In this document: piece after piece, positions 1-13,085 of the stretch
Layout of the letters: every line of letters begins with the position of its first letter
How positions within the stretch are numbered: position 1 is the stretch's first letter
Notes under the pieces: generated by a model
Database searches by the model: none
What the model was told of the DNA's origin: nothing
The model's input: only the letters and a program-made list of their open reading frames with translations
Assembly (NCBI GenBank): GCA_035221665.1
Contig: CM069155.1
Location: 29,388,001-29,452,000 of the forward strand
Length of the DNA: 64,000 nucleotides
Reading direction: 5' to 3'
Origin: Okamejei kenojei
Taxonomy: Eukaryota
Position numbers and translations under genes: made by a program

Positions 1-32
1 GAGTTCCCCAGACCAGCTGCAGCATTCAGAAC
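1..32 (-). CDS. Possible next exon (GSECC...), putative start of the C-terminal Cys-containing domain, truncated by the window edge
   Basis: Strong acceptor TTTTCTGCTCTTCCAG ending at 33; phase-1 reading GSECCSWSGEL. Lies in a low-quality contig beyond a gap. Confidence 0.4.
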
Positions 33-612
33 CTGGAAGAGCAGAAAATTCATATGAAGTATATTATTAACCGCCGTTTTATTCTGTTCAGTTTAATGAG
101 CGTAAGGCGTGAGATTTACAGCTTCTATTAAGATCGTGGTGGAACCAAAATAATCTATCTCGTTCTATTCCATTTACAGTTCCCACTCAATACCAAAACT
201 CTCAAGGGACTTCTCTGATATTGCTCCAAAAAGGAGCAATATGGCTGTGATGATATCCTTGCCACACGTGATGGTTTCTTGCTTCCGACAACATTCAAGT
301 AGTCCGACCATTTTACAGGATTAAGTTTTTTATTTCAATGACATAATCCCATCCTTGTCTCTCCTTTGCTACAAGTGCAACAAGCCCACGGTCTTGTCGT
401 CTACAGAATGCAATTCTAATCGGTCCCTCTTACGTATAACCGGCAACAAAGTAGTCAACAAGGCATTCAAGAAACCAGGACACATAAATTCATAAGTTCA
501 TAAAAATTCATTGTCTATGAGCAGATTTATGCCTTCGGCCATCAAAGGCTACTCCGCCATTCTATTCGTGGGACCTATCTACCTTAACCTCCTAAACACC
601 ATTCTCATCTTA

Positions 613-1112
613 NNNNNNNNNNNNNNNNNNNNNNNNNNNNNNNNNNNNNNNNNNNNNNNNNNNNNNNNNNNNNNNNNNNNNNNNNNNNNNNNNNNNNNNN
701 NNNNNNNNNNNNNNNNNNNNNNNNNNNNNNNNNNNNNNNNNNNNNNNNNNNNNNNNNNNNNNNNNNNNNNNNNNNNNNNNNNNNNNNNNNNNNNNNNNNN
801 NNNNNNNNNNNNNNNNNNNNNNNNNNNNNNNNNNNNNNNNNNNNNNNNNNNNNNNNNNNNNNNNNNNNNNNNNNNNNNNNNNNNNNNNNNNNNNNNNNNN
901 NNNNNNNNNNNNNNNNNNNNNNNNNNNNNNNNNNNNNNNNNNNNNNNNNNNNNNNNNNNNNNNNNNNNNNNNNNNNNNNNNNNNNNNNNNNNNNNNNNNN
1001 NNNNNNNNNNNNNNNNNNNNNNNNNNNNNNNNNNNNNNNNNNNNNNNNNNNNNNNNNNNNNNNNNNNNNNNNNNNNNNNNNNNNNNNNNNNNNNNNNNNN
1101 NNNNNNNNNNNN
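613..1112. other. Assembly gap (500 N)
   Basis: N run. Confidence 1.
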
Positions 1113-1129
1113 GGCACTTCCATAGCCGG

Positions 1130-1420
1130 TAAATGTCACAAATGAATACAGCCCTTATCAGGTGCTGCTGGCACGGCCTCCCTCTAGCCGCACTTTCATA
1201 TTGAAGCAGCCCCCTGTCAGTGCTCTGGCGCAGCTGTCCCATAGACCGAACATTTACACATGAAGCAGCCCTGTCAGGCGCTGCCGCACGAGCCGTCCCC
1301 ATAGCCCAGCACATTTTACACATGAAGCAGCCCTGTCCCGGCGCGCCTGACCCCATAGCCCCACATTTGACACATGAAGCACCCTGTCAGGCGCGGCCTG
1401 TCCCATAGCCCCGCTATATT
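1130..1420. repeat. Minisatellite, ~57-60-bp unit (CACATGAAGCAGCCCTGTCAGGCGC...CCCATAGCCC)
   Basis: About 5 degenerate tandem copies are visible. Confidence 0.75.
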
Positions 1421-1749
1421 AGTGTGTAAGCTCACGTAAATCAACATTTAGTGTACAGCTTTACCTATGAACTATAAAAAAATTCATACACCCTTGCTTA
1501 AAACAATTATAACATTGTCAGAAACACATATAACAATAACTTTTTTACTTTGCCTTAGCTTTTACTTAAAGAAAACACATAAAATACATACTTGATTATA
1601 TGAGAAACCCTTTATAGCCCGACTCACGCCAAGTCCAATATAGGGGCTGAATGAGTCCCAGTAATTTCTGACGTGGGACCAACATCTGGTGACCACTGAC
1701 CCCACTGTCATGGCTCCAGCGTTTGCTTCCTGCCGTTCCAATGGCATCC

Positions 1750-2000
1750 CCACAGCTGGGAGCGCCTGACCCCCCCTGTCAGTGACTCTGCTTAAATTTC
1801 TTGCCGTTTTTACGGCAATCACGCAGGCTGGGAGCAGCTGACCCCCCCTGTCAAGCGACTTCTGCTTAAATTTCTTGCTGTTATTAGGCATTCCTGCAGG
1901 CTGGGACCGCTGACCCCCCTGTCACGCTCTGCTTAAATTTCTTGCCGTTAATATGCATTTCTCTGCAGCAGGGAGCCGCTGACTGCTCCTTATCTCTGCA
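1750..2000. repeat. Tandem repeat, ~70-bp unit (GCTGGGAGC...GACCCCCCTGTCA...TCTGCTTAAATTTCTTGC)
   Basis: 3-4 tandem copies; probably internal to an unclassified transposon. Confidence 0.75.
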
Positions 2001-3471
2001 AACGCCGATCATTTTTTGCCAGTTTATCCGCATTTTGCGGTCGACTGGAAATTTCCCCACAGTCCATGACCCGCAACTTTCAGCTGTGAAACGCAGGAAA
2101 AACCTCTGTAAAAAATGGCTCCTGCCTAAAAACACCCTGGAACATAAAAACCCAAACTTACCTTTTAAGTTTAAACTTACCACCGGCAGGAGCTCTGTCT
2201 GATCTGGACTGGTGATTGCGCATGCCTGTGACGTTCTGTGTGCGCTTGCGGCTGGGGTTGAGTTCGGTAATATTGTAAATTGTCTCTAGTGCGGGGGGGT
2301 GGTATGATAGTGTAGTGTACGGGGTGATCTCTGGTCGGCATGGACTCGGTGGGACCAAGGGCCTGTTTCCGATGCTGTTCTCTAAAGTTCTAAAGGTTAG
2401 CTAAAGTCTGTATTGTCCAAATATCATTCTTTTTAAGCTCATTTCTGTTGGAATGCAGACTGATCTTTAATTGTAGGCCTGCCATTTTACACTCGCACGC
2501 GCAATATTTCTAATAGAGGGCATTTAGGGAACAGACCATGAAGGTTCGCGCAGATGTTTACTTGTAGTGCAAGTCATCATGCTTGTGGCTCTACCTTGAA
2601 TGTCAAAGTGCGTATTCATTCCAAATAAGATGTCCTTTAGGTGGTTGGGCGTTGACGGGACATTGGTGTGTTGCTGCCATCATGTGGATTGTGGTTGGTT
2701 GAGTGATGCCACTGTGAAAGTGGGCAAGGCACTGTGTGAGGCCTGCTTTGTGGAGAATTGGATTGAGGGGGGTTTTTAAAGGTTTTTTTTTTTTTTTTTT
2801 TTTTCAAGGTCAGGGAGTCTGCCTATTTTATAATAGATTTTTCCTCCCTGTGGTTGAGAAAATTCTGGAATCCTATATCCTAGATGGGTGCGAGAGAAGG
2901 AAAGCACTACCTTGATTCAAGTTTGAAGTAAGCATTTTATTTCACTGCATGGGAGATTGAGGATTAGGGGAACAGGTAAGAAAGCAAGTGTTGTAGCAAA
3001 AGATCAGATCAACTGTTTTCTTTTACATTGTGACAATATCCAGTTGAAATTATTCTACTTGCCTATTTCTTATTTTCCCGTGTTCACTTTGCGACTCAGG
3101 AGATTTTACAACCCACCCAAATGAGTAGGCTCATTGGTTCTATACTCTCATCAAACTGACAGTGGTTGCAGGGCTCTTCAGGATTGCATGGAATATCAGC
3201 TTGGAATGTGGTGCTCAAGTGTCTGGAGTCTGATCCAAGCTTGGCAATGGATACTGCAAGAAGGAGAGAGTTTGTTTTATCATTTTTCAAGGGAGTTGGA
3301 CATTGTTGTTTAATTTCTGTATTGTCTCTGGTTTTTAAATGGGAGTTAAGAGTCAACCATATTGTGTTGGAGTCACTTAATAGGAGATGACTGAAAGATA
3401 CTGGAAGGGACTTTAAGTGAATTTCATTCTATGCCTAATTTCGATTAAATAAATGTTTACCGTTATCTTAC

Positions 3472-3531
3472 CCTTGAGCTCTAACATTGACATCAGGGTT
3501 GAGTTCAGTTCTTCCAGCTTTAGCATCTCGT
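3472..3531 (-). CDS. Neck exon (DEMLKLEELNSTLMSMLELK)
   Basis: Acceptor TTTATCAG, donor G|GTAAGA; 60 bp, phase 1-1; Leu heptads; sequon NST. The exact acceptor is uncertain because the frame stays open upstream (VANLS). Confidence 0.65.
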
Positions 3532-4590
3532 CTGATAAATTTGCCACAAATGCATTTTAAACACAAATACACAATTACATGTTTAATAAGGTGCAGACTT
3601 TTTAAAGTAATTGTTTTTTGAAATGTTACGTGTGGCAACCTTTTGTGAACAAAAATGGCTTTGTTGGGGAAGAGAAATCAGGTATAGTATAGAGTAGAGC
3701 AAATTCACCTACATTTATGATGGATGGCTGATGGATTACATTCTGGATGCCTCAGAAATTAATTTCCTATTTTTTCAGCAGGATTCTCATTATCTAAACA
3801 TTTTACTCCTACTCTCAAAATTCACCTGACCAAGCCTTTTGTCAGTTAATCAACATTCTTTATTTGTAGACAGAATAATCTTAACTGACCCCGTTTCATC
3901 TGAGACAATGCAACTTAAATGGCCAGCTTTCTCAGTCACTTAATACTTAGACCGTTCAGCAGCAATTTAACTAATTACTGATTGTTAATACTTACATGAC
4001 ATTTTATTTTCAACAAAGCAATGCCTATATCTCTTAACTAAATCTTTCTAAAATACAAATTGAGCTACAAATTATTTATTTCTAAAATACAACATTGATC
4101 AGCAGTAATATTTAATCATCATTAACTTGCATTGCACAGGGACTCCTTGAATTGTGAATGATCTGACATTAAAAAAAATCAACATTTCACACACACTCTA
4201 CTATATATATTTAAAACATTTTAAGCTGGTAATAAGAATAATAACATATTTCATGGTATTCATTAATGTCCATATGCAGTAAATGTAGGTTGATTAACGT
4301 TGGTTAACGTTGTGGCAATTATTCAATTGAATGAATTAATTATAGCAAATGTAGGTAGAGTGATATGATGTCATTAGTTGTTAAAAAATAATGTTTCTGA
4401 ATTACAGATAATTACAGAATTATGGCTTGTGGATAGTTCTCAGGAACAGAATGCTTATGTAACCCAGGGACTGCCTGTACTTGTATATTGCATATTTTAT
4501 TCTTAAATGGTTGAAATACTTTTCTGCATGAGAAATTTAAATGTTAACTGCCATCCCCAAATAGCTTTACTAATTAATTATCTTTCTTAC

Positions 4591-4688
4591 CAAGTGACTT
4601 CACTTGCTGGAGCTGCAAAGAAACGGAATCCTTGAATAACTGTATGGAATTTGAGTTCTGTTTCTTGGACTTTGAGAAAACTGCTTAT
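4591..4688 (-). CDS. Neck exon with apparent 1-bp frameshift (DKQFSQS / KKQNSNSIQLFKDSVSLQLQQVKSL)
   Basis: Strong acceptor TTTTCTCTTCCAG and donor G|GTAAGA, but 98 bp long; both ends read as neck-like peptide in different frames. An AG 8 nt downstream would give an open 90-bp exon. Confidence 0.6.
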
Positions 4689-4879
4689 CTGGAAGAGAAA
4701 ACACAAATATTCACAACACTTTAATTGGGCTGCATAAAATCGAGGCCAAATTAGTGCAAAGAAGTTGATCATTTTTTACAAAGTGGAGAGAGCGATTCTT
4801 TTGTGGCACAGGACATAACACAGTGACAGCAGTAATATTCACTCATTGTTCATGGGAGTGATTAAAACATTTTTATGGT

Positions 4880-5300
4880 GTCAAGTCAAGTCAAGAGAGT
4901 TTATTGTCATGTGTCCCAGACAGGACAATGCAATTCTTGCTTGCTGCAGTACAACAGAATATTTCCACCAATACGGACAGACTGTTGTCTGTGAATGAGG
5001 AAGTCGAGGATCCAATTGCAGATGCGCAGAGATCCATATCTGAGAGCTTGGTAACCAGCTTGGAGGAGATGATGGTATTAAATGCCGAGCTGTAGTCAAT
5101 GAACAACAGCCTGAAATATGAGTTTTTGTTGTCCAAGTGGTCCAGAGCGGAGTGGAGAGCCAGTGAGATCGCATCCACTGCTGATCTGTTGTCGTGGTAA
5201 GTGAACTGCAGTGGGTCCAGGTTTTTGTCGAGGTATGAGTTGATTTGCACCATGATCAGCCTCTCAAAGCACTTCATCACCACAGATGTTAGTGCCACTG
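4880..5300 (-). mobile_element. Rex1/Babar LINE RT fragment
   Basis: [13 protein letters not shown]...LDPLQF...[12 protein letters not shown] motifs; (CTTGA)n tail. Confidence 0.85.
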
Positions 5301-5579
5301 GTTGAATGCTGAAAGCAATTTCTCATATTGCCCCTTTTGAATGGACTCCAACTGGTTCACAGCAGGGCTGCCTTGCCTGAGTTCCTTGACTGTTGTCCCA
5401 AATAAAGAGAATAGATGACGTAACAAAGTTTAGAAGAAATAGAATTCTCATCCACAAAATGTTGCCTGTGATGCAAAAATAATCTGCTGGCAGTGTGATC
5501 TGGTAGAAATGTGATACACACTAACCATGTAGAATGTAAAAGCATTGAGACAGTGTGGGAAATATATCAGCTTGAGGTA

Positions 5580-8360
5580 TCTATATAATTAAAGCCTCAT
5601 CTTGACCACTTCCTGTCTTCGCTGTATATTGATTTTAGAAAAAATGCTACACTATATCACTATGATTTTTGGCCATCTTACTCACAGTGGTCCTCCGCTG
5701 TGGCAGCCCCAAGGATGTTTCCGATCGATAAAAATTAAAAAAAATAATGAATATTTAAAAAATCTTGAGATCAGCTGATTGGTCCTCTCGCCTGTCAATC
5801 ACCATGATGAAGGTAAAGTCCCTTCCAGGGGTGGGGGTGGGGGGCAAGGCTATAAAACCACAAATGCCTGGACGTGAGTCAGTCACTCTGGAAGATCGCG
5901 AGGGAGAGGCCACAATTGTGATTCTGCTGTGAGTCTACTGAACTGTGAGTCAACTGATCTGTGAGTCTACCCTTTATGTGCTCGATGTGGTTATGTGGTG
6001 ATGTGCTTTATGTGGTTATGTGCTTTGTGTGGTTAACCCTTAATGTGCTTGCAATAAATGATTTGTTAGCTAGCAATGTGCTTGAAGGGTCTCGACCTGA
6101 AACGTCGCCTATCTCCTTCGCTCCTTATATGCTGCTGCACCCGCTGAGTTTCTCCAGCCTTTTGTGTACCCTCGATTCTCCAGCATCTGCAGTTCCTTCT
6201 TTAACACAACTGCTTGCAATGAATGATGATTTTGTGGCGTCAACCTAAACACGGGCCGCTTATGGTCGAACCCTCGTCAGGAGATACGAGGGCGGGCACG
6301 TGACGTCATGGGCTAGAGGGAGTGTCCTGGTACTTAAGGAGTCTCACCTCGAGACCTTGGAGAGTCAACAGGTAGCTGAGCCCAAGAGTACAACCTCGCT
6401 CAGCTACAACAACATTGTAATATGGTTAGCGCACCAACTTTCCATGTCACCACTGAATAAACAACACTTTGAACCGGCCTGATGTCTCACTATTATTCAC
6501 CACGTATGGTGCCGCTACATTGGTGACCCCCGACTGTCCAAATTGAAATTTGGACTCAGATGAAGCACGCAGCCTCAGGAGACCTGATGTCTGCAGCCGG
6601 CTGCCCAGCCCTGAAGAACTACACTTCCGCCAACCAGGCCGTGCAGTAAGATATCTTCCCCGCCTCTTCCCCACCAGCTGCTGCTCACTGGAGCTGAGAA
6701 GCCACAGCTGCCACTGCTCTCCCGCTACCAGCAACGGGGCAGGCCCCGCTTCCAAACACCACACCGCTCCAGGCCTTGTGTGACGGGCGCCGAGCTCCCC
6801 TGCATGACCTGCCAGGAGCCGACCACCGGAGTGGAGAGGTTTTAGCAGCCGCCGCTGCCTCACCAGGTGCAGCAGGAGCTGCGAGAGTAGCAGCCTCCTG
6901 CCAACAGCAATGCCGACACACGCCCGACGGCCCTGGGAGCAGAGAAAGAGTACCAGCCGCTCTCCCGCTCCCGCTTCCGACAACGGACCCGGCCTCACAC
7001 CGCGAACATGGCTCCAGGCCCGGGCACTGCATCGGGCCTCAGTGCTCCAAGCCTGGCACTGCTACAGACTCGCCACGGCTCCGCGCCCTGCCCTGCACCC
7101 GCTGGCCACTGCCCAGGGCCTACCCACCCAATAGGGCGGGCTTTCCTGGGTCGCCTGCCGAAGACACGCTTCTGCTCCTCACCGGTCTTGAATCGCTGGT
7201 GAACGCCGCCTCAGCCAGCCGGCAAAATGGCCTCTAAGGCCTCCTCCAACAAGCGGCCAACCCAACTACATAAATGGCCGCCGCGGCCGGCCGGAAGAGA
7301 AGCTCGAACTTACCGTCCACAGCACCACCTTCCGGCTGGATGTCGTCCTTACAACCTGACCACCGACAACAGCGCCTCATTCAGGCCGGAGGCTGTCACT
7401 GCAACACAGCTTTCCTATCCTGCACGATGAACACTGGACAGTTTGAACTTTGGACACTGATTGCACTGTAATTTGTCTTTTTACTGTACATTTTTGTGTT
7501 CACTGCATTTCCACGCTCGGTTCAGAAATTAGTTTGCTTATTTTATTTAGTTTTTTTCCCCTCATCGTTGCTGGGGGCCGTATTTCACAGGACACTCTCC
7601 CTTAGCTGGTCAAGGAGATGCAACCGTGTCTCTTCCATCCGGCAGCTTCTGCATCGGTCTCCTCGCACCCCTTGGTACCTCGGGATCTCACACGCAGAGC
7701 GTCACTGCGCTCGTGGGGAGATCCGTCCCGACCCTCGCCAGGGGTGTCCCAGACCCCTTCCGTCCGGCGGCTTCTGCATCAGTCTCTTCGCACCCCTTGA
7801 TACCTCAGGATCGCCCACGCAGAGCGTCACTGCGCCCGTGGAGCCCTCCGTCCCAACCAACGCCCGGGGTGTCCCAGACCCACATGCAGGAGCCGCCCTT
7901 GAGCATGCTATTCCTTCCTCCCGTTCTGGGGGGGGAGGGCTGTGGGCGGGCACATGACGTCATGGGCTAGAGGGAGTGTCGTGGTACTTAAGGTCTCTCA
8001 CCTCGAGACCTTGGAGAGTCAACAGGTAGCCGAGCCGAGAGTACAACCTCCCTACAGCAACATTGTAATATGGTTAGCGCACCAACTTACCATGTCACCA
8101 CTGAGTAAACAACACTTTGAACCGGCCTGACGTCTCACCTTTATTCACCACATATGGTGCCGCTGCAATTTGTTAACCCTTAATGTGCTTGCAATAAATG
8201 ATTTGTTAGCCAGCAATGTGCTTGCAATGAATGGTGATTTGTGAAGCCTTATTGTGCTTGCAATAAATGATTTGTTAGCGCTTAATGAAATGAAATGAAT
8301 TGTTTGGCCTGCCCTGTGCTTTTGCTTTGCCTTTGCTTTGCATGACCCCACCTACTTTTA
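5580..8360 (+). mobile_element. 3'-truncated non-autonomous Helitron-like element hosting the LTR element and a PLE-derived insert
   Basis: A|TCTATATAATTAAAG...TCTTG start resembles the 5' end of the Helitron at 15176; an internal minisatellite (GTGCTTGCAATAAATGATTTGTTAG) continues on both sides of the LTR element; no CTAG end found. Confidence 0.5.
6233..8167 (+). mobile_element. Non-autonomous Gypsy-type LTR retroelement (~1.9 kb)
   Basis: TG...CA LTRs at 6233-6519 and 7941-8167 (3' LTR has a ~55-bp deletion); PBS TGGTGACCCC(C)GAC (tRNA-Trp type) at 6521; G-rich PPT before 7941; 4-bp TSD ATTT; no RT ORF. Confidence 0.88.
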
Positions 8361-8711
8361 AACAATGAGGCACGGCATTTTAACAGCTGATGGAATGGAA
8401 GCTAGGTACTCACAATCATCACAGACTCAACCTGAAGAACACATTCTCTCTTCTTGAGGGGTCAGTGTTACTCATACTGTCATCTTTGAATGCCAAGCCA
8501 CATTCTATACCAAAGTGAGCATACAAGGACCACCTCTCTGGTACAGTACTCACAGAAGAATTGGTGAGTTAAGACCTATCCATCAACAGTAATATGCCAA
8601 GGTTAGATGCCTGGTACAAAAATATCTGATTTGCAATTGAATTGACCTAACCCTGTTGAGTATATTGTTGGCAAGGTAAAAATCTCCTCCACTAAACTGT
8701 CATAGCACTAT

Positions 8712-9030
8712 TGGGTAGCACAGTGGCACAGCTTTAGCACACCCTTGCAGAGCCAGAGACCCGGGTTCAATTCTGACTTCAGGTACTGTCAGTGTGGGGT
8801 TTGCACTATGGTCTCCCCTTGGTGCGCTGGTTTTCTCCCACATCCCACAATTGCTTGGATTGGCCACAGTAAATTGCTCCTAATGTGGAGGTGAATGGTT
8901 GTTTTTGAGCGAGAATGGGAATATGGGGAAAATAAAAATGAATGTAAGGTGGTTAGTGTAAATTGTTGACGGAGTGCAGACTTGATGGGATGAAGTGCAG
9001 ACTTGATGGGCCTTAAGGCCTGTTTGTGTG
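8712..9030 (+). mobile_element. tRNA-derived SINE (HE1-like)
   Basis: A-box-like GTGGCACAG, B-box GGTTCAATTC, conserved core and LINE-like tail (GGCCTGTTT). Confidence 0.7.
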
Positions 9031-9521
9031 CTGGATAAACTAATACCGCACACAGCAAAGCAACAGGCTCTTCAGCCCATTATGATTATCAAATATCTGT
9101 ATACTTTAATTCAGTAGTAACCTCATTTTTTCCCTCAAATCCCCATCAACTCTCCATCTCCCAACCCACTCCCCCTCCCACACACCTACACTGCAGGAAA
9201 TTGTTGAACCAGCAAGCACATCTTTCGCAGGTGGGATGAAACCAGAACACCCAGATAAAGTCCACAAACTGGGGAATAGATGCAAATCTCTGCAGGCAAT
9301 ATCAGTGATCAGAATCTCTGATATTGCCTGATCTCTCGCTATGAGTCAGTAGGGCTAATTGTGCCCTTCAAATACAAGAACAGTTCTGTGTAACAACTTT
9401 CAGGCTGAATGATGAGCTATTTACGATAGAATTAGAGATCACATTCAGAACAGTCAATGTATAAATATTTGCTACACCTCGTTATTTTCTTATGATGTAA
9501 ATGGGTTTTTTTCTCTCTCAC

Positions 9522-9605
9522 CGGCTTCCTTCAGAGTCTGCACATTCAATCCGACCCGTGAGAGGGAATCTTGCATTGTTTGAATGTTGTCCAGAACTAT
9601 TACAG
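9522..9605 (-). CDS. Neck exon (AVIVLDNIQTMQDSLSRVGLNVQTLKEA)
   Basis: Acceptor CCTTTTTCAG, donor G|GTGAGA; 84 bp, phase 1-1; heptad pattern. Confidence 0.8.
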
Positions 9606-11381
9606 CTGAAAAAGGCATGTTTAAACAAAAATAAATGCATGGTACATCTTCAGTCACAGATAAACTTAGAATCAAATGAAGAGACGGTGTTGGAGTCAGT
9701 TTGTTAGAGTTATCCAATTAATTCCACTCAGCAGTTCTTCATCCAAAACTCATTTTTTTCTCCTCTCACATATTTACAACAATCTCTATTGGGGTATTAG
9801 TACTGAATCGGCTTCCTCTATCTCCTGTACCAAAATGTTTTATGGCATAATGCTTCTTCGGCTCCCTGAGCGCTGCTTTCCTAGGAACTTCTACCATTGG
9901 GAATGTGTTGGACTAGAAATTCTTACTTTTAACAAATAATGGTTTAATGTAACATCTGGACTTACTGTTTGCTGCAATGTGCGCTGGAGGAAGACTTCCT
10001 TCTGCACTCAGGTAAGTGTAAGTGTGCACTTGAGGCTCACACACCCCCTACAATTGGTCTGAAGAAGTGTCCCGACCTGAAATGTCACCTACCCATTTTC
10101 CCCGGAGATGTTGCCTGACCTGCTGCGTTCCTCCATAATTTTTTGTCTATGTTTAGTATAAACCAGTATCTGCAGTTCCTTTTTATTGCATTTTGATTCT
10201 GATTTACTTGGGTATGATCTCGTAAAACTCTGTGATATCTAGTTAAGTGTTCTAATGCATGATTTTTCTATAACATTATATCACATTCTTTTTAAATATG
10301 AAAGCTTTGACTATTATTTGTAGCTTATCATCATATTATGTTAAAATTTATCATGAAACCAGGTTGCATGTGTTGTATTTCTACAATTGCTAAATAATGT
10401 TTTATTATGAATAGAATGAAATAAAATAGTACAGCACAGAAACAGGCCCCTTCGCACACATTGTCCACCCCTTTAGCAGGTTAAGCCAAGCTTCTCTGCC
10501 ATCACGTGATCCATATCCCTCTATTCCTGGCATATCCATGTGTCAGGAAAGGAGGGATACGGGTCACATTTTGGGTTGTTTCAGGTTGTGGCCCTTCCTC
10601 GTTGTCCATTTCCTCCAAAAAATCACGGATCCACTGAAATCCTCCAGGACTTTACATTAGGCTCAAGATTCGGTGTGGAAGATTGCACCCTTCACGTTGT
10701 CCGCCCTGTTTCGACTAATGCAATCAACTCGACATGCACAAACAGAAGATCAAATGGAACAAGTTGTCCTACAACTTTAGGCTGTGCACGCCACACGAAA
10801 GAAGAAGAAGGCTCGAGATTCCAGTTCCTGCAGTTCCTTAGGATCTCCATGTTCTGATTGTATTTGTTCTGACCAAAATGTGCAATGAGTACAATTGGCA
10901 AGCACTGTGTCAATTCTAGTTTAGGAAGGGATAGTTCATCTTGAAATTAAAGTATAAAACACATGCTTTTGTGTCAGAGGTGTTCCACATGTCTTCAAAT
11001 CTCAGGAAGTTTCTACACCATTCCAAAGAAATGATTGTGCTTTTGTTATTGTTCAATGCTTATTTAAAAAAAATAATTTAATACAAATAAAACGTATGTG
11101 GGAGTTGAAGGACATGATGCAATTACAAAGGCAATTTACATTTTTATTTGACAATGTATCTGCCAGAATGACTGTGCATCAAAACTTTCCAATGACCATT
11201 TTTCTGGCAGATGCACGATTATATGCATTCCTTCCAAGATAAAGTAAGGGTGTTTTCTTCATGTGTAAATGTGAAAAAATGCATAGATTCATTTCATTGT
11301 CACAATTGTGCCATTGGAATAATTTTTGAAGCAGTTTGAATTTTTTTCTTAAGTTATTTCATAAAAAATGGAATCTCCTAC

Positions 11382-11477
11382 CTTTTTGTTCCATTCTTTG
11401 AAATTTGGATAGAAGTGAAGAATTAACATTATTTAGAGACACAGTAATCACGTTTAGGTTCTCTGATATCTGGATAC
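11382..11477 (-). CDS. Neck exon (GIQISENLNVITVSLNNVNSSLLSKFQRMEQK)
   Basis: Strong acceptor TTTTTCTTTACTGTCCAG, donor G|GTAGGA; 96 bp, phase 1-1; N-glycosylation sequon NSS. Confidence 0.8.
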
Positions 11478-12346
11478 CTGGACAGTAAAGAAAAATCACA
11501 AAATGGACACTGTTGGTCAATTGGATGGAATCTGCCATGAGGCCAGATATACCCCAGCAATTAACCCTTTGTCTCTCCCGTGTAAAATGATCAGGTTTTG
11601 ATTGGACCATTACTATAAATCCTACTTTATAATATTGCTAGGAATCTAGCTCATCTCTGGGTGTGACTGAACTGAAGTCCTCTTGTTTGGCCTCTCATCT
11701 TCCATCTCCAACATAAACTTGATTCTAGAAAGGGATCCTGATCCGAAATGTCCTCTTTCCATTCCCTCTACAAATGCTGCCCGAACCGTTGTTATTGGGC
11801 ACTTTGTCTGTCACATGAACTTGGGCTCTACTGAAACTTTACCATCTGTATTCTCATTGAAATGAAGTGCCATATATCCATTTCTACATTTTATTCCCCA
11901 TTCAACACTGCTCCATTCTGAAAATTGTCATCTTTTTATGTTGCTTAACCCCTGCCCACTTCAGAAAGTGGAAGCTGGGAGGCCACATACTGGTTTTTAT
12001 TTGTGGAGAGAGTTAGCAGCTTCAACGTCATGGGCATTGCCATCTCAGATAACCTGTCCTGGGCCCAGCACATAGATATTATTATGAAGAAGACATGCCA
12101 GCATATCTACATTTTTGGCCACTAAAACCCAGATGGATTTAACAGCATGGCATATTTAGGTCTTTAACAAAAATGGTAAAAATGCAATTGGAGCCAATGA
12201 TTTACAGTGGTTTACACCCTGAAGCAATCACTGAAAGGGGGTTCGTGCAGAAGCCCAGCAGGGCATCACCTATTTCTCAACTACCAATGGTTTGCATTCA
12301 GAGAAGGACATTATTTCTTAAAGGCATATTCCCTGTGGGAGCCGAA

Positions 12347-12790
12347 TGATAAGATTATAAGATCTCAGTGATAGGAGCAAAATTAGGCCATTTGGTTCAT
12401 CAAGTCTACTGTGCCATTCAATTATGGTTGGGTTGATCTATCTCTCCCTCCTAACCCTGTTCTCCTGCCTTCTCCTCATAACCTCTGACACCCAAGAATC
12501 TATCAATCTCTGCCTTAAATATATCTACTGACTTGGCTCCATAGATTCACCACCCTCTAACTAAATAAATTCCTCCTCGTATCATTCCTAAAAGAACGTC
12601 TTTTAATTCTGAGGCTATGACCTCTAGTCCTAGACTCTCCCACTCATGGAAACATCCTTTCCACATCCACTCTATCCAAGCCTTTCACTATTCTGTATAT
12701 TTCATTGAGGTTCCCCCTCATTCTTCTAAACTCTAGCGAGTAGAGGCCCAGTGCCATGAAATGCTCATCGTACCTTAACCTACTCATTAG
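12347..12790 (-). mobile_element. CR1 LINE 3' fragment
   Basis: Reverse complement of the CR1 ORF2 C-terminus and 3' UTR. Confidence 0.75.
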
Positions 12791-13007
12791 AAAAAATTCT
12801 ACAGCGGAGTGTGATTCAACTCCTATAATTACTTAGCAAAAATGCATGTCTTTGTCAACACAAGATCAATACAAGAAGGAAGGTCCTCTGTTTCAGTATG
12901 GGTATGTGTAGGGTTAGGGGTAGATGGTGAGATGGCAGAGAGCCATTGGAATAAGAAAGACTTGCCAGGACATGGCAATAATTTTTATTATTGATTCTAG
13001 TCTTTAC

Positions 13008-13085
13008 CTTTCAGTTGTTGCAGTTCAGAACTCAAGCGTTTGTCAGCCTCCTTTAACTGATTAACAGCCTCTGAAATCCGAATAT
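13008..13085 (-). CDS. Neck exon (DIRISEAVNQLKEADKRLSSELQQLK)
   Basis: Acceptor TCTTTTCAAG, donor G|GTAAAG; 78 bp, phase 1-1; clear heptad (coiled-coil) pattern. Confidence 0.8.

Noticed and set aside
511-1356. Long ORFs across N runs (also at 55065-55539 and 58943-59572)
   Set aside because: Artefacts of translating assembly gaps.
1130-2000. Regularly spaced repeats resembling a CRISPR array
   Set aside because: Whole units are tandemly repeated without unique spacers; vertebrate context; no cas genes.
6447-7970. Cluster of overlapping GC-rich ORFs
   Set aside because: Internal region of the LTR element; few stop codons because of high GC; no recognisable intact domain.
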